From positions 16,678,001 through 16,742,000 of the forward strand of contig JAQFVV010000008.1 in assembly GCA_028023455.1 (NCBI GenBank): a DNA stretch of 64,000 nucleotides, in the 5' to 3' direction. Under the pieces are notes generated by a model, which did no database searches, was not told the DNA's origin, and saw only the letters and a program-made list of their open reading frames with translations. Below, piece by piece: positions 10,869 through 26,682 of this stretch. The position numbers were made by a program, and so were the translations under genes. This stretch comes from Epiperipatus broadwayi (taxonomy: Eukaryota > Animalia > Onychophora). Numbering within the stretch: the first letter of the stretch is position 1; the number at the start of each line of letters is the position of its first letter.

Positions 10869-13800
10869 AATTAATTGATTGTTTCATTTTGTATTTACAT
10901 TTTGGATCTAAATATTTTAAATTGTTCTTTTAATTATTTACTGCTAATGTGTTAAAATTTTATATTTATGATTAACTTTACTTTTTAGATTATTATTATT
11001 TAACTCACATAAAAAGGTTTAGTTTGATATTAATTTAAATCAAATGTAATTTATGCAATATATATATATGGTATCATGTATAAAGCATAGATACACCAAC
11101 AAGTATGTAAGCAAACACATGCATTACACAACAGATAATATATAATTGGTTAATGCACACACAAAAAATAAATGAATTAGTTTATAGGTAAATATAAGAA
11201 TATCTTGGAAATAGTGAATTGCATAAAAGTATTAAAATAATTTTTCCACTTAATTTACAATAAAATAACCAAAATCCTTAAATTGTGCATGTTGTGCTAG
11301 ATTCAAATATTGTTTTTTTCTGTCATCTTATCTAAGATGTTACAATGGTAAATGAAAAATTGTTTTTGAAATGAAATAAATACAATTGCATTAACAAAAA
11401 CAATACCATCTCAAGGTTACAATCACATAATATATAAATCAATAAAAATATAGACTTCTTTTTCTAATAAAAAACTATCCTCTTGAAAATATTTTCTTTG
11501 ACGTAGGCTCATGGCATGGGCCTTCATTAACTACATACAGTAAAAACTAATAATATCTTTATAACAAGGTTCATCAGATATAGCAAGGCTATGTTATCTA
11601 CTTCATGTGGAGAATTATAAAATTTAAATGATTTCAACATTTATTTTTATCTTATATATGCTTCACAAAACTCTATCTTGTTTGTGGGCTGACTTTCAGA
11701 AAATATAATTATAAAACTTCAAACCTAGGAAGATAGTGCTATAAGAATATTTTCTCCTCAAATAAAACACAAATTTACAGTTAATAATAAATCATCTATA
11801 TAGTTCTCATTAAGTTATAATGTGAAAGCAATTCACCATAACACAGCTATCAAATAGCACATTACAATTATAGCTTGGTCACTTTTTAAAATAATAATTT
11901 AAAAATATTAATATCTTTAACTCATTTGAATTGCTTGATAAAATCATATATGCAATCATGAGATTAATAATATATAAACATTTTTGATATCTAGATCCAT
12001 TACAACATTATGCTGTAATAGATTTAATTTCTTCATAAAATGTATTTCTAATTTTAATTTATTATACTAATAAAGTCTTATTTTAAGATTTTTAATTTTT
12101 TAATAAGTTAGTTTATCACTTATATATTTTTTATGAAGGAATATATTTGTAATTACATTTTAGAAAACATTGTTAAAACTTTTAATTAGGCGAAAATATA
12201 ATGCCATGACAATTATTAGCATGTGATTAACTAGAGTCGACTTCAAAGCCATAAATTTTACTTGGTATTTATGTATTAGTCTGGACACCAAGATTGATTA
12301 CGGTAATTTCAATTATTTTAAATGCATCTGTATAAAGTGTATTACGATAAGAATTGTTTTGTTTTCTTTAATTTTTATAAAAATACCCAAATTATATATT
12401 GTAAAAAAATAAAATCGCATGATTAACTGAACCTAGTGTTGATCTTTAAAATATTTCAATTATCTTGTCAATTACTCCAAAGATCAGGTGACATTCGAAA
12501 ATCAAACAGCAAATAAACAGAACAGTTCTGAACAATTGACAAAACTGAGTTGTTTATTTGATCAATTTTATGTTTAGTACTTATTATTTTTTTAAAATAA
12601 TGTAAACAAAACAATTCTTATCATAATAGCCTTTATACACATGCATTTAAAATAATCGAAATTACCATAATCAATTTTGGTGTTGAGACTTACTTAAGCA
12701 TTTTTTAGTTTAACTAAAACCATTCTCTTAAATAAGTGGAATTATAAAGTAGACAATATTTAATACCTTCTTTGTTGTTATTGTTTTTTCATTTTAACTT
12801 AGTTCACTCATAGTCTGCTTCCATTATGCCTATAAATTTTCTGATTAAAGTTTGGTAATTTTAAATTCTTAAATCACACAACAAATTTATTAATTTTGTT
12901 ATCAGTGTAAGTGATTTAAGAATTTAAAATGCAGTTAACATTTAAAACAGATCTACTTTTCCTTTATGTTTCATTACAATAAATCTTATTAGTTTGCCAA
13001 ATTAATAAATTATATACAAATTTAAATAAAACATTAAAAGTATATTTATAATACACATATTATAAAAATTTAATTCTAAGAAGAAAAAAAAACTTGAGAA
13101 TTTATGATATGCAGAATATTCTTTAATAATGAATTCACTTAGCTTATTTCCATGTTGTTGTTTTTTTTTTTGGTAAACATATATATGATTGAAATGTAAT
13201 TTTATATATTGCTAAAATTCTTTAAATTTCATAGGATATGATAAAAGTATTGACACCCTTATATATTATCCATGAGATTATAGATTTTTTAATAATTTGA
13301 TATGAATTATTGGTTTACAAGCAAAAGTATAGAGAGCTTATATTTTCAGAATCATAGATGAGATAGATTCAAATAGGTAGCTTTCATCTGAAGGAAATGT
13401 CTTTGGAATGTTTAATGAAAATGAACCAATATATAATATTTTATTGTTCATTAAACTCAAGTAATTTCATTATTACTGCATTGATTGCCTGTTGAATGAA
13501 GCAAATAGCTATGTAAGGAAAATTTTGTATTATTTATTCAGTCATTAAAGAAATAGAAACAAATGTTCTTAATTAAACTGTGATTGCCAATCTATGCTGC
13601 AATCCCCAACCTTCCAAGCAAAAAAATATATATATATATTTTTTTTATATAGAGTGTTTCAGAAATTTATAATTAAAATTTAATTATCAAAATTTAAGTT
13701 TTAATCTTTAATGAAAAATGAAAACATTTAAACAAAGAAGCTAAAAATGGTCAAAATAGTATTTTAACATACTCCTCCAGCCTTCTCATTACCATTTTAA

Positions 13801-14409
13801 TTAATATTTCTTTGTTTTAAGATATTTATCTAATGAAAGAAGATCAGCTCTTTTGTTTACTATTACTGATTGATTTATACAAATTTTTTAATTATTAAAA
13901 CAAAAGATTTTAAAAATTAAAAAAATATAAATGTTAATTGTATTGTATATAATAGCTTTATTTAAAACAAATTTATTTAAATTAAAACAACTTACTTAAT
14001 ACATATGAATACAAATTTTAAATTTCATATTCACAAATATATATATATATCCAAATGTATGCTAACACTTTAATATAATGACTGTGTGTAAATTCATTGC
14101 ATAATTATTAAAATATTTAAATTTTTTTTTCCTCAATGACTTCGACTAACTCCAACTATCTACAATCACTTTATCTTTGCTCACTTGCTATTATGAAGTG
14201 ACTTCTTTAATGTGCTTATGTCAGTGACAGGAACTTAATATTAACAAATTTTATGAATGGGAATTCAAAAATAAATTAACTAACATAAAAAAAAAAAAAC
14301 TAATATGATTTATTGTAATGGAATGGTATGGTATTGGTTCATGACTACTAACATCTATTGAATCCCACATTAAGGGTAACCATTTATGTAATGGATAGTA
14401 GCTCTAAAC

Positions 14410-15491
14410 CAGGAGTAGGGAATCTTTTTGTTGCCAAGGGCCATTTGGATATTTATAATATTTGTGGGCCATACAAAATTATTAATTTTGATCAAAAATT
14501 TAATTAATTTACCTCTAACCATTAAAGGTGAACAACCTTTTCAAATGGCAGACCAATTTCAACTTTTCATTTTTAAATAAGTGCCATAATTTTTTTGTGA
14601 ATTAAAAATAAAGGAAAATCATTATTATTAATGACTGTTCCATAGTTAAGGACAATTTTTCTGTTTCATCTTGTACCTATCTTTGTGACATTTATATTCT
14701 CAAATTTCTTTTTATATTTTGGATAAATTCAACAGCAGTTAGGATGTAATGTAGGCTTTTATAAACTCTTCTTCAGAATGATTTTGAATTTTCTGCTTTT
14801 TTTAAAAAAAAAGTATCTTGCTTTCACAGAATTTTCTGACTTGTTTGTACTTTTTATAAAATATGCCAGCTACTTGATGAAGCTCCTTTTTAAATTCTCT
14901 ATTTTAATATTTCTTTTTCCCACAATAATATTGATATAATCACAATGTTTTGATAAATAGTGTCTCTAAATAATGTATTTTTTATTAACTAAAATATTTT
15001 CCAGATGTATCAGGCACATTGATTTACTATTTCCCTAAAAAAAATATATATTGATCCATTTCTTTTGAAATGTTGCAATTTTTTGTGTCAATTTTTCTTA
15101 TCTTATTCAGTATAGCCTTCATAATAAAAAAAATTAAATACGAAATAATAAAGTAAACCTCCTGTTTCATTTTTGCTAGTTTTATATTTATCTGCGAAAA
15201 TTACTATAAAATTAAACAAAATGCTTTCAGTATTATAGATTAAACTGTTGTGATAATTTGTTGGAATATTGTATCTCTGATAGAATATAGAATGAAGTAA
15301 AAATATTATAAAAGTTGGAAAGAGAAAAAGATATAGTAGAGAAAATAAACATTTTATTTTACTCTTAATTAATATTTGTACTACATGCATGTTGAAATAG
15401 ATGTTTTATACAGGTCCATTTTATACATGTTTTTGAAAATGTCTGGGGGCCATATCGATAGGTTTTGAGAACTGGAAGTTCTCCACCTCTG
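14410..15491 (-). mobile_element. Internally deleted hAT (SPIN/Charlie-like) element with a degenerate transposase fragment
   Basis: CAGGAGTAGGGAATC / GTTCTCCACCTCTG termini and a perfect 8-bp TSD CTCTAAAC. A minus-strand relic near 14720-14800 (SEEEFIKAY) resembles the GEFIKEC motif of this group. Confidence 0.9.
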
Positions 15492-17493
15492 CTCTAAACA
15501 TTAGTGAAATTAATTAAGTATAACTATTAACCCCTCATTCACCATCTCTTAAGATTATATCATGATCATTCCTATATTTATTCCTTCTATAAATACTTGA
15601 AACACAGGTTATATTTTCTGATCATCATCACTTTTGGAACAATAATCCTTAAGATCACAGTACACTGGTAGTTTTACATTGAGAGCCCTGGCAATGACTA
15701 GAGTTTCAGAATGGCATCTTTGTTTACAGAAAAACTATCAATGCACACAATCAAATAAGAACTGACTTCAATTTTATAATCTCTTATTTCACCTTCAATA
15801 TTCCAAGCAGTATCTCAGTTCAGAGAATAGACTTGTACTCGGTTCAAATGATGGACTGGTAAAATGAATAATAATATATATATATTTGATTAATTTAAAT
15901 AATATTAATCAAAAATTAAATTGAAGATAGTTTATATTTTTTTAAAATTCAATGAGTAAAAATTAAAAAGTCTAAGGCCCAGAGTCTTTCCAGAAGCTCC
16001 TCATAAAGAAACAATAAAAAAGAGAGTTTGAATAATTTTCTTTTCCTTTAGCTAAAATAGCTAGTTATACATATACTGACTACTATTTGGTAGTTAGTTG
16101 GATGGATACCTGAAAGAAAAATCTTATACTTGATTGTAATCTAAAAAAATTTACTTGGTCCAAATTTAAATTGAAGTTGTAGACATGGTCTGTGTGTGCA
16201 CTATAAATCTGTACCATGAGGCCGATTTAAAGACTAAAAAAGTGTTATAAGTTATTGTTTTTTTATGACAAATAAAAAATAAATAATTCTCTGTTATTGT
16301 CATACTAAAATTATTTTTTTTTTTTTTTTAAAGATGCAGCCAATGTTCTCCAACGTGAGCACTGCTATAAAAAACATTTACTTTCTCTTCAATTTGTTTC
16401 TAATAAAGTAAGCATTTTTTTTAATCTTTTCTTTTTTATTTAATAAATTGCAAAATATAAGTTATAGTATATGTATATTCAAACAACAGTTTGCAATTTA
16501 CAAAATGTATAAATATATTTGATGGGCTCAAATTATGGTCCGAATTTCTTCTAATTTTGTATAAATGTAAAATAAATCATGTCCCTCAAACATATATCTA
16601 AAGACAAAGAACACAAATTTAATGATGAGTTTTACAGTAACTATAATATAAACCAATCCATTATCTATAAATACATCACATTCTGGTTATTTCAAATTTT
16701 GTGCTGCATCTGCATTTTTTAATTTTGTTTTTAACAATTTTTTTTTTTTCTGGAAGATTTTAACCTCATGTAGCTATCCAATTTGTCAATTATATTCTCT
16801 TTCAGAACTGTGTCAATATTGTATTTCATTACATTGCATTTCACATCATTTTTACAATGTAAACAAAATTATTGCATTCACGAATACCATATTTAAGTTT
16901 ACCATAAAATATTTTTTATTGAAAGTCTGTTATGATTCATTCAATTCACATGCTCATTCTAAAGAAGATACTCTTACAATGTAAATATACTTTTATAACA
17001 ATAGATTCATCATGACATTTGATTTCTCTTGCTTTTTTAATTGTTAAAATTTATTTTAATACCTGAATTATGTAATTTGATTAAAATGATAAATGAAAAG
17101 TGCATTTAGAAGAATGATGAAGTGTGACTCAAGAACTATATTAAAACAATTTCTAGTTCAGGTAAATAAAAATAAATCTCAGATTTATTGAATTGATCCC
17201 TTAGGCTCAATTTATTATTCTGGTACTTGGAACATCATATGATTGCCCAAAAATACTCACCATATGATTATATTAATTCTGTTTTATTATCATTTTACAT
17301 TTTTTATCTGTTCTTTGCTTAATTCTTCCAATGATTTTTGATGATAAATGTGTCAAGCTGTGGCCATTCAATTTTTTATTAAAGAAAATAATATACTCTC
17401 CATTAGATATTTTTAGATCACTGCATACAGCTGTATTATTAATTTTTCTGTTTTTCGAATCAAGTCATTTTTCACATTTTATTTATTATCTTT

Positions 17494-17729
17494 TTCATAT
17501 CTGCTTTTTCAAACCAAATTGTGCAAACGCTTTTTGCGAGTGTTAAATAATAAATGAATACCCTCTGACCCATACAAGATATAGAATTTATGCAGCAATA
17601 AAAGGATTAAAAGGATTCCTTTTATTGCCGCATAAATTCTATATCTTGTATGGGTCAGAGGGTATTCATTTATTATTTAACACTCGCAAAAAGCGTTTGC
17701 ACAATTTGGTTTGAAAAAGCCGATATGAA
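17494..17729. repeat. Near-perfect 236-bp palindrome (hairpin MITE-like)
   Basis: Arms of about 113 bp with about 2 mismatches around a loop of about 10 nt (TTAAAAGGAT). No clear TSD. Confidence 0.95.
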
Positions 17730-20336
17730 TGTGATTACAATTGTATACAGACCCTATAAAAAATAAATGCTGATTTATTATCTTTTTATAAACAATGATA
17801 AAATGTAAATAAATCATTGTTATTTTCCCATTAAGCAACCACAGAACTGTCAATCTCCCTACTTCCAACAAAGTAATAAATAATTTGTTTCAGAAGCTTT
17901 TTATTTGCATAAATTATTATAAAACCAAATAGTATTAAAAGAAAATATTTGGTTTAAAAACTATTTGTTGATTGATGATTGAAATGTAGTAAATTCTCCT
18001 AAATAATCATCATCTGCAGTTGCAAAGTGCATCTGAATCAAGTGCAAAAAGAAATTATAACACTGCAAAAAGAGCTTTCTCAGTATACATCATTCTATGT
18101 CATATCATCAGTTGAAATCTTGAGAAAATTATTAATTATGAACTTTCCAAGTCAATGGAATAACACTTACATTATTATAATTTAAAGACTTCTGTTTCAA
18201 GTAACAATATTGAGTAGATTTTTACCTTTCTTTCACCTTGAACATAGTTGACAATCTAAAGATAGTGTGAGAAACAAAAAACTACTCATCAAAAAAGATA
18301 AAAGGTCCATTAACTAGAATCCTATTACTCCAGCACATAGTTCCAATTTCAATGGAAGAACTCATTATTGTATAGGAGAATAATCTTATTGTTTTTTTTT
18401 TTTTTTTTACAAATTAAAAAAACAATATGTTAGGCTTTAAATATCAAATAGGCAACAAAATTATATACCACATATATAATGGAGCTATTAAATGAGTGTC
18501 TGGTAATATAACAGATAAACAAGTTAAAGAGACTTTCATTATCCAAATCATTGAAGGGTTTTTACCTTCTCAGCACAGATATCAACTGATACTTGATCAT
18601 GGAAGTAAAGTTAACCTAGAAGTTTTTAGTCTAGTCATCACTGAAGAAACAAGTCAAGCCATCATCAAGGGAAATAGCAATAAATATTTATAAAATCAGA
18701 AGGCATCACAACTTTTAGTATTTTTATTAAGGGAAAGGAATACTGCAACCTTTGTGTAATTACTTTTAGCCAATCACAGAGCCTAAATTAAAGATTTGAA
18801 ACTAATATTTTTAACAATCATGTTATCAACTAAAATTACAGCATAGTAATATATATTTCTTGCTATAATCTATGCTTTTCATTTAAATAAAATGCCAAAC
18901 TTAGACTACTCACTACCATTACATATAATCATTCTAAGTGGGCATTGTTGCAAATGATCATAACTTGACTAGATGATGGTAAGCTATCATCTTAAAATCG
19001 GTTACATTCTGGCAACTAATATTGTCTATAGAGCTACTGACATTGTAACAGGCTCTTCTGAAACACTATATTTACTATCATTAATTGAATATAAATGATA
19101 ATCATTCACTAGTTTAACTTGGTTATCTCTCAAGTAACCCAAACATCACTGTATAAATAAGAATTGAATTGTACTTGCATTATTAACTTTTGTTTCAAAT
19201 AAACATTGGTTGGTTATAAAATAATTCATATGTATGAGCATACATTATTTGATTTAAATAAAATATAAATTCTCAGAAATGTGCAATCATAAATGAACAA
19301 ATCTAAGTCTGAAGCTAGAAATTCAGACTTTAAATCTGCTTCATCACTTTTTAAAGTGCTAAAATTAAATATTGTTAATAATCAGATACACACCTTTTCA
19401 ATGAAATCAGTAGGCAGAGTGACAGCCTTTAGAGCTCTAGTCTTTGAATCACAGCTCAAGTTGTTTGTTTCTAATGCTTGAATTTTATATGAACTCCAAA
19501 GTAACAAATCATTCAATTATCAATATTATTAGTATTTATTTTTATTTTGAGATGATAATTGAGCCACTATATTTACAAGAAGGTATTATTGATTTTTGTA
19601 AAATTTAGATCACTAAAAAAAAGTTTACTTCAAAAGCTATAATTTAATTATTATTAGTTATATAGTAGCATTTCATTCACCATATATGTTGTGCATTTTT
19701 TGATGTGAGTAAATTAATATGCAATTTTTCAAAAATATATTATTATAATTAAAATTTAATCATTATAAAATTATTCTTGCTATTTAGCAGGCTAATATTT
19801 AAAATGGTATTCTATTTTCTCTTCTCTAATCTTTCAAATGTATAGTTTTTATCTTCACACATAGCAATTACTTAATTACACCTAAATATCTACGCATTAT
19901 TTAATAAACTTGTAAATGTACTGAATGATTCTATTATGTGGAGTCAGTTAATTTATATAATTTTCTGTTATCTGCATTATATGTAAAGAATATAATTTGT
20001 AGCAAGTGAATTTAAAAAATATTATTTACCAAAGTCCTCAATACAAGAAAAGGGAAAGGAAAAGTGATTTGCAAACCCCAGGATTAAGTGAATAGCTTAT
20101 ACCAAAGACTCTGGACCATGTTAAAAAAGTTAAAAAGTCAAATATAAACTTGTCTGATTCCAATGCACGCGATACATCAAATGAGCCAGTTAATATAATA
20201 GAGGTAAGTCATGTCCCAATATAATTGTTTATGATAAATCTCTAGAATTGTCACATGAGAGCCTAATATCTCTAGATAGAATTATATAAATAAATATATT
20301 TCTTGTATTATTTATATTTATACACTAAATAAGACA

Positions 20337-23300
20337 ATGTTATTAAAAATAGTCTATCAATGTCAGAGGATTAAACTCTGTAGAAAAAAAATTATCAACT
20401 TAAAAAATGGCTTTATATTATTCAGCCACATGTAATTCATTTGCTGGAAACCAAGATATACAACAAATCACAAACAGATCCATCAAAATTTTATGATAAT
20501 CAAGGATATTCATTATTTTCCAGAGCAGCATTCTCATCTTCAGCTGGAACAGGAATTATCCATTCAGCTTATTTAAAATATATATATTGATGCATACATG
20601 CTAATTTTTACATTATACCATAAAAAAATAATACTGAACATAGCATACATGTACATTCCTCCAGGAAAAACAGTAATTAATTGACTTGTACATAAAACTC
20701 CAAATTTGCATCTTCGATATATCCTATAATTCTAATAGGAGACTTCAACATGTCTTACAATAAATTTGTTAAAAAATGGTTACATGTCTGGCATTCCCTC
20801 TCATGTCTGGAGAAGGATTTCTTCCACAGAACTCTCCTTTCAACAATGGCAGATACTCGTCTTTAATTGATCTTTTTTTATTCTCAACATTGCATCATAT
20901 GATCAGCATATCATTCAAAAACTTAACTTTTTCAGATCATTCTGCTGTGATGGTCTGTCTTAAAAATGATTAGATCTATGATCACAACAGGTAAAACTAT
21001 TAGAATACTGCTTCCAGGGTGGACTAAAGAATATCTCTTTTCAGAAATATACATATCATTATTCAAAATTCGTGACTTGGAAATGGATCCTGTTCAAACA
21101 TGGATTGCATTTGTGAACATAATCTCAATACATTATAACAAGAAACCAACCATCCCCCTCAAAGGTTTTAGCACTTGCAGATGAATTGCACAAATTAATA
21201 CTACCACAGCAGAGGGCTGTACAAATGTAATAGCCCCGAGGCAAGCATAATTGATTGTCTTGTGGCTCACTCAAAGAGTACCTGGTGATAAAGAAGAGAA
21301 AAATATACCTAAATCAAACCCACATGTGGTCTTGGCAATACATTTATTGGGCACTGGGGGCAAGCTCCACTAAACCACATTCTGACAGCAAAAAATAAAA
21401 GAACAAATCATTGCAGGTGACAACATGCTAGAGCCACTTTATTCATATTACAAAATTAAGTTGACAAAAAGAGCAAAAATTAAACCTTTCACAAAACTTT
21501 CTGGGACTACCAGAAGACAATATAACTTTTGTACCAAGACAGTTTGAAGAAAAACTTGCTTCAGTGCCAAACTCATGTCATCCAGGGATACATGGAATAC
21601 CTTGTTTTGTATACAGACATTTAAGTCAATTCACAGCAAAATATCTGACAAATTTATCTAACTTTCTAACAAAGAGAATCTATCACATACATGGGCTTTA
21701 TCCCATCTCACTGGTTCCATTTGTTAAGAAGAAGGAAAATATAACCACATTCCAAAACCTCAGACCCATATCAATGAGTCCACTTGGGATTAAGATCCTG
21801 GAATCAGTGATCAAAGATAGAATTGAACTTTATATTTTGCCATTGCTGTCAAAAAACTAGTTTGCAAAGAAAGACTCATCAACTGGGCAGGCAGCATTTT
21901 TATATAAGTCTGTAATCGATACAGTCAGAAACAACAAAAAATATGGACCAGTTGTAGTTCAGCTGGACATTAAATCAGCATTTTATATGATACCAATTGA
22001 TATTTTAATTAATGTATTAGCAGATACATCAATACCCAGGGTAATACTTTACTTGATTATCAATTTTCTTCTAAGTTGGAGAAATTCAGATAACTCTTAG
22101 TGGGAAGTACTCACCATCATTCATTCCATTTAACTCGATCTCACAAGGTTCACCATTAAGTGCTCTTTTTATTCACTTTTTATATTGATCCTCTCCTTAA
22201 AGCAATTGAAAATGAGATGACTGGAATATATATACCTGGAATGAAGGCAAATATTTCATGCATGCATACATGGATGATCCAAAAATCTTTCTGCCAACTA
22301 AAAAACAGATACCAAAACTAATAAAAATTCTATATAATTATCAGACAAATGTAAACTGGAGTTCAGTTTAAAAAAATACAGTGCATGGTCTTTGTACTCA
22401 GGATGCCAATATCAGCAATACTTCAAAGAAAGCCTAGGCTCATTTGTGAGATTTCCTTATTATTTGAGTAACTCTGAAATGCAATTGCAGACACAGGGAA
22501 AACTAATGCATAAAGTTAAGACTATAATTCTCTTTTCAAGTTATATTTATCACTTTATTCCAAAGTGGCCCTTTTCAATCTCCTAATAATGACATGGGCC
22601 ACATACTATACACTATACACCTATAATAATATACACAAAAGCTTTTATATCTAAAACTTAATATGTAGGAAATTGTTGTGGGGAAAGAAAATGGCATCAA
22701 TATCCCTAAATGAGATTCTGCAACCTCTATCTCAAAATGGATTGGGTTTACATTCTATAAGAATTTTCCAAATTCAAAAACACTTAATCTTATGTCATCA
22801 TGGGCAAGAATATTTCCATATCTTGAAATAGTTTTTAAAATTACACCCACAGTCACCTGCCACCCATATGCAATTACTAAAATAAATTAATGTCTCCTTT
22901 ATTGTGTGTTCCCAATTTAATATATTGCTCTCCCAATAATAAAATTAAATACTGGGATATATATTCAATCTGTGCTTTCCCATTCAATGATACAAACCCC
23001 TCTAATACATAATCAATAAGCAGTTGATTAAAAAATTCCAATATTGGTCATTAGAATCAAAATACTGTGATTTTCTCCTAAAACTAAATCTTGAAGCACT
23101 TCCCATCCTTTATTTCTACAGATATAAAAGGAATTGCACTAACATTGAAGACATATGCAAACTATGTCAGAGAGAATCAGAAACACAAATCACATTTTCT
23201 ATTCATATGCCCCATGTTTAATAATATCTGGTGGGATATCTCCAACATACTTACACTTCTCAATATATTTTTAAAAAGTATTTATGCACACATTCGAGCC

Positions 23301-23465
23301 AGCACATTTATACTATTCTCATTATGGAATACCAGATGTACATTTATGTATAGTTCAAATACTGACACCCTAAATACATTTAGGAACAAAATGGATATTA
23401 TATGTATAAGGGATGAAAAAAATTCACCAACTAACATTTACTCAGACACATGGTCACTAATGTAA
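20337..23465 (+). mobile_element. Degenerate L1/Tx1-clade LINE ORF2 (APE endonuclease, RT, C-terminal CCHC)
   Basis: APE motifs: INVRGLN, LLET, ILIGDFN, SLIDLFL, FSDH. RT motifs: PGIHGIP, NLRPISM, LDIKSAF, GSPLSALF, AYMDD. C-terminal CKLC...HFLFICP. Many frameshifts and stops. Confidence 0.9.
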
Positions 23466-26400
23466 CTTCGCTCCAATTTATGACATGACTCACTATTATA
23501 AAATGGTAACTAGATAATTAAAAGCAAAACAGACATTCATGCAATGATGTACATAGAAATATGTAGATCCTATGCAGCAGTCAGAAAATGCTATGCTGCT
23601 TATCAAGATTGTATTTTTTTTGTTACACAGATTTCTAATTTTTCTCATCTCTAATATGGGATGAAAACATAGTATATAATGTAAATCACATATTTTCATT
23701 TGTTTAAAATCTCATAGTCTTTTTTTACTCTATCCTATGTATGTGGTACTAAGTACTGTTTTGTAAACTCATAGTTCAATAAATCCTTTTGAAACTAAAT
23801 ACAATTAACTTTTCAGGATTTAAAATAGATTAATAGTTTGTTTTTTTTCATAAAAATAATTTATTATGTATCTTCTCGTAACTAACTTCAACCCAGAAAA
23901 TGTAAATTCAAATCACAGATAATCTGCAATGCACAAGTCTAGTTGAGTTATTAAATTTCTTTTTTTTTAATGCAGTATATTCTAATGGCAAATGTAAATT
24001 GTTCATGGATGATTACTATTTGCTACTAATCTTATTATACACTTCACTATTCTTTTTGTAATTAATAGAATTAACTTTAAAAATATAGAAATTGTAAACA
24101 AAACAACAACAAAAAAAGAGATTAATTCACTAGATAATACATGAAAAGTAGTTTCTTTACAAGTTGAGAAAAAAAAAAACATTCTAAAGCAATTATGAAT
24201 TTCCTTATTGGAAAAAATCTAATTATCACATTTAATTTTAATTATTTTTTATTTAAATTAAACATATTATTTACACAGTCTGTAATTTTTAAAAAAAAAT
24301 TAAACATTGTGGAAATTGTTAATTTCAAAAGTAACAAATAAAAGATTGTTATAATTAGAGTAGTAAATCCATCATTTGTAATAAATACTTTTCATTGAAA
24401 TATTTTTATTAGATAAATAATTAATGGTTGTTTGAGAAGTAAAGTGATATTGAGCACTAACAATGACAGGTTTGAGTTTGAAACCAGAACATTTAACTCT
24501 CAAATCCATTACTTTGTCATTGCACATATTTATAGTGAGGCTTCAATATCTGTTATGTTTGTTTCAAATTTCCTTTTCTCCTTTCGCATGCATACATCGT
24601 ATATCATATTTACTAATTGTGTTTATTGATAAGCTTTGATTTACTGGCCACAACTGGGGGGGGAGGGATACAGGTCACTTTGGCTATGAATAGTGCATCA
24701 GAAAAGTGAAATGTAAAAGAAAAGCAAAAGAAAATTTAATGAAGTTATTTGGTTAAAATTAAGATAAAGATATTTGTTATGGATAAAAGAATTTGCATTA
24801 CTGCTCTTTTGCTTTTTGAATGAATTGAAATTCATTGAAAATTACCTCTGTTCAAGAATGTCTGTTGATCAATTAAATGCACATTAGTATAAAGAAAGAT
24901 ATTGTTAATGATTGTGATTTTTCTAGTATTATTAATGATATGATTAAAAAAAAGTCACATATGTAAAAATGTTGAGCAAATATTAATTATTGAATATGAT
25001 TTATTTATTTATAATTACAATATGTTCTCTACAATTATTTTTGATATCAGTATTTAGGACCACCATGTGGATAAAAGGCACCTTTGTGCAAGTTAAATCT
25101 CAATCCTCTCTCCCAATCTCATGAAATAATATTTGTAAATTAAAATAAATTCTATAAAGTTTTAATTTAACAAAAGATACAGAAACAGTAGAACACAGAA
25201 TAATTATAATTGTTTATACTTTTACTTTTTATTCACATATTAACTCTTCTAGCTTTGGTGGTCACAAAATAACTTCTAGAATTTTTCTCGCCATGTTAAT
25301 GATAATATGATTCTAAAAACTTGCAATCAGATTTGTTTTTAGAAAAATATTAACTACCCGAATAATAAAATTTTTTTAATAATATTTACTTTTATAATTT
25401 TTAGCCAAGTGCTTTGCTTGATAACATTAAAATTTAATGTAAAATCAGAAGTTTCAAATTTTTCATTCTCTGAATTACCATTTTCTTCAACTTCTTTTTT
25501 CTGTTTTGAACTCCAGATAACTTATTTGATATTTTCTTTCTTATTGTGTCCTCATTTGAGGAGTCAGAACAAAACAATATAATTATTTGATAAATAAAAT
25601 TAAAATACACACAAGACACAATGAATCAATAACAAGAGAAATAATTTAACATCAGTTTAATGCAAACAATTAATGATATATGCAACGGAATTAATATAAA
25701 GATTTGATATTGAATATATACATATAGGATATGTTACAAATCTGGGAAATCTAATATATCTATATAACTTTAGGATAAGTAACTTTTAATTTATTACCTT
25801 TATAATCTATGTGGCCCTGTTGGGATTATCTATAATACTCATTATCTACATTTCGGAGCTAATTCTCTGGGATACGACATCCAATTCTGTTTTTAAGACA
25901 AGTCTGTTTCCTTTATTTCTTACAAGTCAACTTGTTTCCATTATATTTTCTGGATTACAATAGTTATAACAAGATTAACAGTAGATATTAAATCAGCTTT
26001 AACCAGCATGTGAGTTAATTTATTAAAAATAACTATTGTTTGTTTCAAAACCCATTAATTGCTAAAAAAATTTAATTCAGAATCTCTCTTGCATAAATTG
26101 TTCACATTTTCTACTAACTAATTTTAATAATAAAATATTTCCACTATTATTTCATTTTTTATGTGTTGGTTAGTCCACTGTTAATATTTTATTATATTGT
26201 ACAGTTATTATTTTTTTATTATATACATATTATACAATCTGACATTTAAAATTTTTATACTTACATTGTTTATTTGATAAATTTTTAGAAACCATCAGCA
26301 TACATTTGCACTTTATTTAATCAAACACATGGTTTTTTTTCCACTAGATAACAAATGTTTTAGTCATTTTCCCAATAATGCAGCCATATAGAAAAGTTTT

Positions 26401-26682
26401 CAAATGATAATATAATTGTTACATTCTTCAGACTGGTATTAAATAAAAAAGATATTCATTCATTATAATGAAATTTGTTAAGAATTAAATATTTTGGTTC
26501 ATATCTTTGTTTTCCTTGAATTTGAGCCGTCTGGTGCAATCAAAAACAATAATTTTCCAATAATAAATTCTACAATGGTCCAAATCCAAGGAAAAGAAGA
26601 TTATTAAAAAGAAAAAAAATATCGGTATTAAAAAAAAAAGAAGATATAAAAAAAAGATAGTAATAAAAATTTATTTATCTTT

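Noticed and set aside
20096-20203. Possible 108-nt exon (LIPKTLDH...VNIIE, gtaagt donor) phase-compatible with the macro exon
   Set aside because: The acceptor lacks a polypyrimidine tract, and the segment lies just upstream of L1 ORF2, so it may be ORF1 residue. Not supportable without RNA data.
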